Source: Clostridia bacterium
GTDB taxonomy: Bacteria > Bacillota > Clostridia > Christensenellales > CAG-314
Direction of reading: 5' to 3'
Assembly: GCA_017407305.1 (NCBI GenBank)
Contig: JAFQWS010000040.1
Span: forward strand, 1 to 32,792
Length of the DNA: 32,792 bases
Under the pieces are notes generated by a model. That model was not told the origin of the DNA. It saw only the letters and a list, made by a program, of their open reading frames with translations, and made no database searches. How positions within the stretch are numbered: position 1 is the stretch's first letter; every line of letters starts with the position of its first letter. The position numbers and the translations under genes are program-made. Shown one piece after another: positions 20,101 through 24,202 of the stretch.

Positions 20101-20559
20101 GGAACGTTTGACACTCCTCAGACCAACACAAACCGTGTCACTTATACTTTGTTGGGTTGCACTTTGTACAATGGAGACGGCACGACGTTGATAAGATATG
20201 CCCCCGGCAGTACTGCAGAAACGTTTACGGTACCTTCCACAGTGCGAGTTGTTGGCTCTTACGCCTTTGATGGAGTAACTCTTACCACGTTGACCTTCGA
20301 AGCCAACACAATGTTGTTCTTGTCCAGCAATGCTTTCAGAACGACAACAATTCAAAACTACCTATTCCAAGGAACGACAGCCCCCATTTTGGCAGGGGAA
20401 GACGTATTTTATATGTATCGTTCCATCAACATAAATGCAAGTCCCTCTGCCTACACTTACACAACTGCCTATTCAATCACGGTGGAAAGTGCAACGGCAT
20501 ACAACGCATTTATGAACAGTCCTTATTGGAGCATCCTTGCACCCATTATGGATTACTAA
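11143..20559 (+). CDS. Giant (3138 aa) surface protein: SipW-type signal peptide, fibre-subunit-like N-domain, beta-helix-like region and long BspA-type LRR (LRR_5) arrays
   Basis: TM segment then TVFA-WF, followed by a family-like N-domain (ISANVVLF; RYFRIDFCCYD..GVEFSFSSLITLKQ at ~11812-11900). A TITSRLNIDLNGHTLEIAGDL-type beta-helix signature is present. Dozens of IG-x-x-AF-x-x-phi repeats (IGDNAFRG, IGADAFRN, VGDYAFEG, ...) are typical of BspA/LRR_5 cell-surface proteins. No LPXTG motif and no C-terminal TM segment. Confidence 0.8.
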   Translation: MNKQNQFKSSYARLKGVKGLTTYTLLLLVLVLITFTVFAWFTATVTPFDGTVSMASISANVVLFDDELDTNNYLRVLGQQSSFTTDTTASMYNYGTYPVNGSNTYMTNYLQITNTCELDLKAYVKYLFTYDVGADDSFFDYYYFLITDITDEVLGYSDSVDQVAESEQGLAMLTLYNQAYSETFASNVERVSSIYDSEDKKVMSDLRRNSQICPEIISMDETRYFRIDFCCYDMPSTSVDGVEFSFSSLITLKQKDAPGNDGEDVDEGAEDLSSSEEFLRFISQASNGQTIRLATDIKVEASVTITSRLNIDLNGHTLEIAGDLVYETMSAGKCYLDASRVNNDYTYSQLLIGGNLTINMPNAEFKIIGIENADNIVLNYGTTRDEVAFTANCVRDTNVYSAVNQDSFLAGLVLENAHLVIMESSISSRVADVYLDSNTRLELTSGSSVANVYNVQGAHDVEIVNKGTIHQINLSTLQHSGSTSGDYYEIEIYNEDGTFTSKGENLSAAILLPSWSVGLYSASQNPSFGTPNTYVYTTVLDWYVRPTSNNSFTQNDIVRSGSSVDLVTFISKGEYRISLKDTDYVEETIHQYLTQYFLNVESEGVLAGDSVETITSLTIYTYDEVRLGNVATSGDYINDWEFMRTRMTSLSILNLAFAELANDEIPDGAFDGKTSLEIVTLPTSNYAPNGYAIGDNAFRGTSIKEINLSSLCTAIGTDAFKVGNELSVDQLDWLVINWTDTSAMSSSLLNALNVDRTVVFMRTSVYNAFRQTAERDSTWFYNVYEAYSVKVEDAVHDCIYYLTTVSGNTVKVVYYSGAIWDGTVNSTINSNYNVVEIGQSAYYHAFRIDDKASSTVCNLSQQCTSIGADAFRNGNFASLNLGGATYVGDYAFEGASITTVSARTTVNVTYLGEYAFSNVLIGAIGSAQSVLDLSATGNSKLAFGQGAFENATIRNATLIFNNLENWQSSLISGATFSQVTLDLTGTTTISALSFVYTEEGENVAVFDATYQEQNNLYLYNCYNIQANALNGVQVNELGFGIVAGSFTTQAQVDAVSSMGDGESGILVNSQDYPTAVEKVIVHGWLPQEVSETATSNFKHFLGGANTSFALEIGQQHANAGSVWNYFVYDVEEDDHTVITNLTLDETVTSIGHRSFGNVEIQNTQLDLTAVESYDEYAFDTAVFPYLTDVIFSDTEVSARAFAYSTFTILQTLDLTTVNQIGAGAFYQAKFPALTRLDLSNTNTIGAQAFYQAEIGTSNLLIDATDVLNMGTNALGVIHQGLPSEDDANSGVVVGIGDQTTNLSACNYDANLFYNGQANMGFTYLTINGGLPQNASRAFAGFSVGDTTYQTIDVANTTSLPEYLFSSNRVGALNVGQLRYMTNVTLTSGGAVPAFGNEIYSYNANLGKFEALVQRPDNWNTNYFDYFTTMGSTQLSLGEATFGGILWNDTESGWWERFFTHVDALTATKMFAYGKFSNFSENTFALNINLGEQAFFNAEFSDLEKLIIVANEHNVTILDDVFANATMNNVQEIDVYTDGYTLTIGNQLFHGASLENLASIAVTTNTGVLTIGDNMFDGCTLPVTSATFTTGASWATIGDNVFANSSLGNLTTFTLTSGEGALTIDGYLFGEGANLSQLQTLTVTTAGGAVTLQGLINQAENLTSLLAINITTGSTEVAGINAGTLTISETAIVNVTQDVLSGLERILVQPSKGAIYVSSIADGITFNNAFDTLQLASSTYNTNATLTLESGVLYDSTATGLTQINFAVNSSNLIVNGTFQGSTLSGVQNITAQINSTGSLTLADGLFESCDLTALATCDLAGAYKVGNDLFKNATFGQVVNVDLRNVLQVGAHLFESSGNVTLGNVYVGINDASLKAHALQPQNHNYDCFYGLGDGTSANIFGTTARVTIANLVVDGELPTYNSAQMFGLTTTGGELNFTQLTITENCSQLPNAVFFEQAGQITISQINACISLENSTLRTTTISIGDNAFKNVTINGAGFFANLSDNITSIGASAFEGVTIQDTQKFNFVNLTTNGTAIGNGAFKGATLYTSEIEFRQGTTLGESAFEGATFNNAVTVTATSLVGIGARAFAQAELRANSSFDFTLTTTIGDELFSQALLRSGDTANSVAVNMVNVRQLGKHVFYNTDFVSTLTLGITTNTSGAYYASAEGGYTIFGGTTTIGTVEVVNAIPTTGVENAFGIESADTQGRLTINTVLISNAVKTLPDQLFAGATSRMKIGTLQLGDSVNVISEDFAIGQQCFYQVSFESFAIYFANDYTADTIIESYAFQGSILGNEANQNTTFATLLSQVTEIQANAFDGATAYFGGGDVTIVDASIRQNAFTNATLSNVGLITIENTTLETNAFNGAIISGPTASTFDLVITNGTTISESCFAGATLTRIGTISVDDSTIASKGFANVNASSATLLTLTNVGEIGSQAFYQANLASVATATITTADKLGDSAFEGANFERLTTLQIQDVPVIGTAVFTNATLTNLAQLSIVCDQSLLDSKATAIGDSAFANLTLTSLSTLTLVNYETIGNLAFYDTPMSEVTTFTLTLESGYVGRIGNKAFANVQLQNLTTNGLAFDGYQYIGNSTEDSYVFANAFKGGIDLDLTDARVIGKYSFASCQLGTVTMGNSTYATSGQYSWGGGHAIFTGIKDEDYSNSTIAFLDVVAPMPTSAQYVFGADIVEMDAPTYTTVRFGETVNTIPDYAFNAEFDTVTLNNPRPTVQIENLYLMYQPDYNNGDYFYLGNVSHAAKFMGADSMPTNWVFVHYTSMQTDGWTATATHTIFYLTTITRIYVPAGTVDDYEKSALGSYYCINNDVRSTLLGTTGNRTYTSWGSGTYFAFESANRDTVPTIANNGLQNKFNTLSTASDDWTFTILNGNEVALVSYEGTGDVTIPATITSGGTDYTVVEVLSSVLQGTTAEIVTIGANVRTIGVDGISSTIRQFNVDNNARFSASYYYQIDTTTGNGNNANTTTTFGTFDTPQTNTNRVTYTLLGCTLYNGDGTTLIRYAPGSTAETFTVPSTVRVVGSYAFDGVTLTTLTFEANTMLFLSSNAFRTTTIQNYLFQGTTAPILAGEDVFYMYRSININASPSAYTYTTAYSITVESATAYNAFMNSPYWSILAPIMDY

Positions 20560-20575
20560 AACAAAAATTTTTGGC

Positions 20576-20613
20576 GAGTGATGCGTCTTGAACGCAATCA
20601 AGACGCATCACTC
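20576..20613 (+). other. Perfect 16-bp-stem hairpin immediately after the giant gene (no U-tract)
   Basis: gagtgatgcgtcttga (20576-20591), loop acgcaa, tcaagacgcatcactc (20598-20613). It is followed by caaag rather than a T-run, so it is not a canonical intrinsic terminator. It could be an RNA-stability or processing element, or a weak terminator. Confidence 0.5.
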
Positions 20614-20717
20614 CAAAGAACGTTTACCATACGCGTTGCAAAACGCAAAAAACTTTGCAACACGCGTGGCAAATACAAAACAAAAAATTTGTCAAAAAAA
20701 GGCAAACGGAAGTTCAA

Positions 20718-21725
20718 ATGGCAAAGAAAAAAGACTCAAAACTTAATATAAGCGAGCAAGAGCTTTCCGAAGGCAATTTGGCGCTCAACGACAAGTTGGA
20801 AGAGGCAGCCAAGGCAAAGTTGTCTGAAGTTCAAGAAAGGTTGCCCGACGAAATTTCCGTAAAGGACTACGAAAAGTTTATTCAAAGTCTCATTGACAAA
20901 AAGGAAATCACAGGCACAAGCACCGTCAGTGTCACCCACACAGCGCAAAAAAATGCCGAACTCAGCATCAATCGTCGAATGAAAGCAAAAGTGGTGGCAA
21001 CCACAGCCGTATTTTTGATTATGCTTATGTTCATTGCATACTTGTTGGCATTGTTGTTGCTTTCCATGGGTAACTTCTCGGTAGAGGTGGACACCATGAA
21101 TCCCGAATGGGCATTGTCCTTGTCCAAAGACAGCAACTTTTCCGATCCGTCCAACTCATTGCAGGCCGAACCACTTCGCGAAATGCGCGACATGGCGTTT
21201 AACGAGGTGTTGCAAGTTCCCGACCAGTCAGCGCTGTTAGACACGCTGAAAGACCTTCAAAACAAGTCCACTCAGACGGAAGAGGACGAGTTTATGCTCA
21301 ACACTTTTTACGTACGCAACGACAGTCCCGTTGACGTCAACTATTGTTGGGAATTGCTTGTCACAGAAGAAACGAAAGACCTTGGCAAAGCAGTGCGCAT
21401 TTTGGTCATCAAAAACGCCTATTTGGGCGAAGAGGGCTGTGAGTATTGGTTTTTTGCCAAAGCCAACCCGGACGGCACACAACCATTTGTTGTGGAAGAA
21501 AGCCGAGTGGGAGGCAACAGTTATTTCCTTTCAGCCGAGACAATCAACTTCCAAAGTGACGCCATAGTTGCCAGCATTACCGAAAACATAATGCAAGATG
21601 GCGCCGTTGACGTTTACACGGTTATTTTGTGGATTGAGGGAAGTGACGTCGATTGTGACCAATCACGATTGGGAGGCACCTTGGCAGTGGCAATGAAACT
21701 GACCATCTTAAATCAAGCCGACTGA
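20718..21725 (+). CDS. Fibre-subunit paralog 6 with ~100-aa cytoplasmic N-terminal extension and signal-anchor (candidate membrane anchor)
   Basis: I prefer ATG 20718 (MAKKKDS, ggaag 5 nt upstream) over the TTG at 20655. The N-terminus is charged and coiled-coil-like. It is followed by a TM segment (TAVFLIMLMFIAYLLALLLLS) and then MG-NFSVEV in place of xA-WF. Family blocks KAVRILV and VILWIEGSDVDCD (W at 21630) are retained. Confidence 0.65.
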   Translation: MAKKKDSKLNISEQELSEGNLALNDKLEEAAKAKLSEVQERLPDEISVKDYEKFIQSLIDKKEITGTSTVSVTHTAQKNAELSINRRMKAKVVATTAVFLIMLMFIAYLLALLLLSMGNFSVEVDTMNPEWALSLSKDSNFSDPSNSLQAEPLREMRDMAFNEVLQVPDQSALLDTLKDLQNKSTQTEEDEFMLNTFYVRNDSPVDVNYCWELLVTEETKDLGKAVRILVIKNAYLGEEGCEYWFFAKANPDGTQPFVVEESRVGGNSYFLSAETINFQSDAIVASITENIMQDGAVDVYTVILWIEGSDVDCDQSRLGGTLAVAMKLTILNQAD

Positions 21726-21849
21726 TAAAAAAAACAAAGGTATCACGCAAAGACAAAAAACAAAGATAACTCATTCTATTTTTGAATTTTGCTCTTTGCT
21801 CAAAATACTAAAAAAATAAAAAGTTTCAAAATTTAGGAGGAAACAAAAA

Positions 21850-22686
21850 ATGAAAAACAGCAAAAGCAAAGTTTTGATGACGTCCGTCATTATGTTGGTC
21901 GTTGCAGTTATGGCATTGACCACAGCAACCTACGCATGGTTCATCTCTGCAGACTCTGCAAGCGTAACTGATATCACAATGCAAGCCGCATCCGCAAGCG
22001 GTATTCGTTTCTCTGCAGACAACGGCACAACTTGGAAAAACTACTTGGTAGTTGGTGAAGCAAGTGACAATGCTACTCCCGACATTGAGATTGAAATTCC
22101 TAGTGATGGTTACAATCCTACGTCCACAAACGCAGTGTTGAATAGTGGAGCATTTAGTTTTTTCTATGCACATAGCTACGAAGACGGTTTCGTTGTTGTC
22201 GAAGAAGATCCAGCAAACTTTATCCATCTTGCATTCAAAATTAGATTGGATGGCGACTCTGCAACAACACAACATCTTTGGTTGACAAGTGACTCTGCAA
22301 TTACATCTAATGGTTCTTTGGATTCTATTCTTAGAGTTGCATTTGTTTACAACAATACAGTCAAAGTATGGCAACCCAACCAAGAACAAGCAAATACATA
22401 CAAACCTCTTGTCACTGAAAAAGAAAGTGTTCAATTGCCCGTAAGCTCCATTATCACAGATACAGACGTTATTGGCGACGAAATTGGTAGTAACCACCTT
22501 GTTGGCGGAGCAGCAAATTTGCCTGTTTTTGACTTCGCAAACCCCCAAGGAACTTCAGTAGAATATGACGTAGAAATCTACATCTGGCTTGAAGGTCAAG
22601 ATCCAGACTGCACCAACGCAGTTGCAAGCCAAAACATCACGGCAAATCTTGTCTTCACATTTATTGATCCCACAAACAACGGCTAA
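21850..22686 (+). CDS. Fibre-subunit paralog 7, candidate major subunit
   Basis: It has the best RBS in the locus (aggagg, 9 nt before the ATG) and sits after a 124-nt gap containing a possible promoter (TTGAAT 21782-21787, ..aatact). TM segment then ATYA-WF. Family blocks ILRVAFVY, VWQPN and IYIWLEGQDPDCT (W at 22585). The mature protein is compact at about 250 aa. Confidence 0.7.
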   Translation: MKNSKSKVLMTSVIMLVVAVMALTTATYAWFISADSASVTDITMQAASASGIRFSADNGTTWKNYLVVGEASDNATPDIEIEIPSDGYNPTSTNAVLNSGAFSFFYAHSYEDGFVVVEEDPANFIHLAFKIRLDGDSATTQHLWLTSDSAITSNGSLDSILRVAFVYNNTVKVWQPNQEQANTYKPLVTEKESVQLPVSSIITDTDVIGDEIGSNHLVGGAANLPVFDFANPQGTSVEYDVEIYIWLEGQDPDCTNAVASQNITANLVFTFIDPTNNG

Positions 22687-22765
22687 CAACAATTAACTAA
22701 TCTTACTTAGGGCTTTTTGCCCAGTTCCTTTGAGAACAAAAATTTTCTAAATTTTGACCAAAATA

Positions 22766-22799
22766 GACTGTTCTCAAAGATTCGTCTTTGAGAACAGTC
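22766..22799 (+). other. Perfect 14-bp-stem hairpin downstream of the candidate major subunit gene
   Basis: gactgttctcaaag (22766-22779), loop attcgt, ctttgagaacagtc (22786-22799). A third half-copy ctttgagaaca lies at ~22727-22737. No U-tract follows. It may be an attenuator or mRNA-stabilising element. Confidence 0.5.
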
Positions 22800-22870
22800 G
22801 CAAGGTTGTATTTGCAAGAATGAGTGCAAAGTTTGCCTTTTTGGTCACGTCAATTTTGGTACAAGAAACA

Positions 22871-24112
22871 ATGACTCACGAAAAAGTGCAACTTGCCAAA
22901 AGCAAATTGTTGCTTTCCATCTTGTCTGTGGCAATCACCCTTGTGATGCTCACAACCTCTACCTATGCATGGTTTGTCACCGAACAAAGTGCCACCATGT
23001 CGCAAATGCAGGTAACGGCAGACATTGATGCAACAATCACCTTTACGGCAGGAGACGTTGACCTTGACGGCAACGTAATTTGGACAACGTCCGCCTTCAA
23101 CACAATCACCACCGATAATTTGCGCAACGCACAAACCAACAACAGCATTCCCCAAGGGACGGTTGGCAATCTTTCTTGTGCAGGAAACCTTGTCTATGGC
23201 TCTTATGGTTGGCAACTCGGTTTGTATTCAGCAGACTGTCGTGGTGGTCAATTTCAGTCAACTTTGACGTCACAACTTGTATCCGAGCCCAATTACTTTG
23301 CGTCCGACTTAAATTTTTATGCCTTTGATTTGTATGCTCACACAGAGCTTGAAACAACCTTGTGCATAAAACAATCCAGCATAGTTTACGCAATTGATCA
23401 CGCAACTTCATCCCAATTTGACATGTCCAACGCAGTGCGCGTTGCCTTTGTCTACTTTGGAACGTTTGACGCACACCATCGTGACGTGGCTTTTCAAACT
23501 GCACGCAGTGCGTCAATGAACGACAGTTGTCAAGTGGTCGTGTGGGAACCCAACGCACTTTCCCACAATCAAGACAACCCCATCCCTGATGGTGCTTTGC
23601 AACCCTATTGTGCAGTTGCAGGTGCATCAAACCAACCTTTCGACTCAACAACACCAGGACAATTTCTTCGTCAAATGGTGCCCGGTCAAAACTTCGTGTA
23701 CACAGCCACCAATTTTATTGGCGACGTTCCCTTGTTTGACGTGACTCCCGGCGTTTCAAAACTTCGCGTTTATTTGTGGTTGGAAGGTCAAGACGGAGAC
23801 TGCACCGACCAATCGGCCGGTTGCACCGTATGTGCTGACTTGGTTATTGGCATTTTAGATATGCAAGAAGAAGACCTTTCAGTCGGCACCATCAACTTTG
23901 GCACAGTTTCCGGCTGTGAACAAATGGGATCTCCCTTGGCAAGCAAAGTATTTACCACTTTGCCCAAAACAGCACAAGATTTTACACAATACGTACAGGC
24001 TGTGGAAGGCTATACCTTTGTCGGCTGGTACAGTGATTCCAATGGACAAACCCCTTTCAACGGCAACGTGGAATACAATTCCACCCTTTATGCCAAGTTT
24101 GAATTGGCCTAA
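22871..24112 (+). CDS. Fibre-subunit paralog 8 with C-terminal Listeria-Bacteroides (Flg_new/InlB B-repeat-like) domain
   Basis: The listed ORF starts at 22754, before and running through the hairpin above. ATG 22871 (MTHEKVQLAKSK) gives a normal n-region, TM segment and STYA-WF. Family blocks NAVRVAFVY, VWEPN and VYLWLEGQDGDCTDQSAGCTVC (W at 23777). The C-terminal EGYTFVGWYSDSNGQTPFNGNVEYNSTLYAKF matches the G-Y-x-F-x-G-W-Y...LYA-x-(W/F) repeat signature. Confidence 0.65.
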   Translation: MTHEKVQLAKSKLLLSILSVAITLVMLTTSTYAWFVTEQSATMSQMQVTADIDATITFTAGDVDLDGNVIWTTSAFNTITTDNLRNAQTNNSIPQGTVGNLSCAGNLVYGSYGWQLGLYSADCRGGQFQSTLTSQLVSEPNYFASDLNFYAFDLYAHTELETTLCIKQSSIVYAIDHATSSQFDMSNAVRVAFVYFGTFDAHHRDVAFQTARSASMNDSCQVVVWEPNALSHNQDNPIPDGALQPYCAVAGASNQPFDSTTPGQFLRQMVPGQNFVYTATNFIGDVPLFDVTPGVSKLRVYLWLEGQDGDCTDQSAGCTVCADLVIGILDMQEEDLSVGTINFGTVSGCEQMGSPLASKVFTTLPKTAQDFTQYVQAVEGYTFVGWYSDSNGQTPFNGNVEYNSTLYAKFELA

Positions 24113-24138
24113 GTCCACCAAATTTTTACAAAACACTA

Positions 24139-24168
24139 TTTACAAACATTCACAAAATGGGTTATATT
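24139..24168 (+). promoter_or_regulatory. Possible internal promoter ahead of sipW copy 2
   Basis: TTTACA (24139-24144), an 18-nt spacer, then TATATT (24163-24168), about 35 nt upstream of the gaggag RBS and the ATG at 24203. Confidence 0.35.
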
Positions 24169-24202
24169 ATAAAATAACGTTTCAATTTTGTGAGGAGCAG
24201 GT

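Noticed and set aside
22754-22870. The upstream extension of paralog 8, given as start 22754 in the six-frame track.
   Set aside because: The extension begins just upstream of the perfect 14-bp hairpin (22766-22799), runs through it, and has no RBS. It would also place 39 non-signal-like residues before an otherwise typical n-region/TM/A-W-F signal peptide. ATG 22871 is preferred.
6746-24112. Sortase-dependent pilus or type IV pilus interpretation of the multi-subunit locus.
   Set aside because: No ORF has an LPXTG-like sorting signal or a C-terminal hydrophobic, positively charged tail. There is no sortase gene, no G-F-T-L-x-E prepilin motif, and no prepilin peptidase or PilB/PilT ATPase. 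The associated peptidases are S26B SipW-type.
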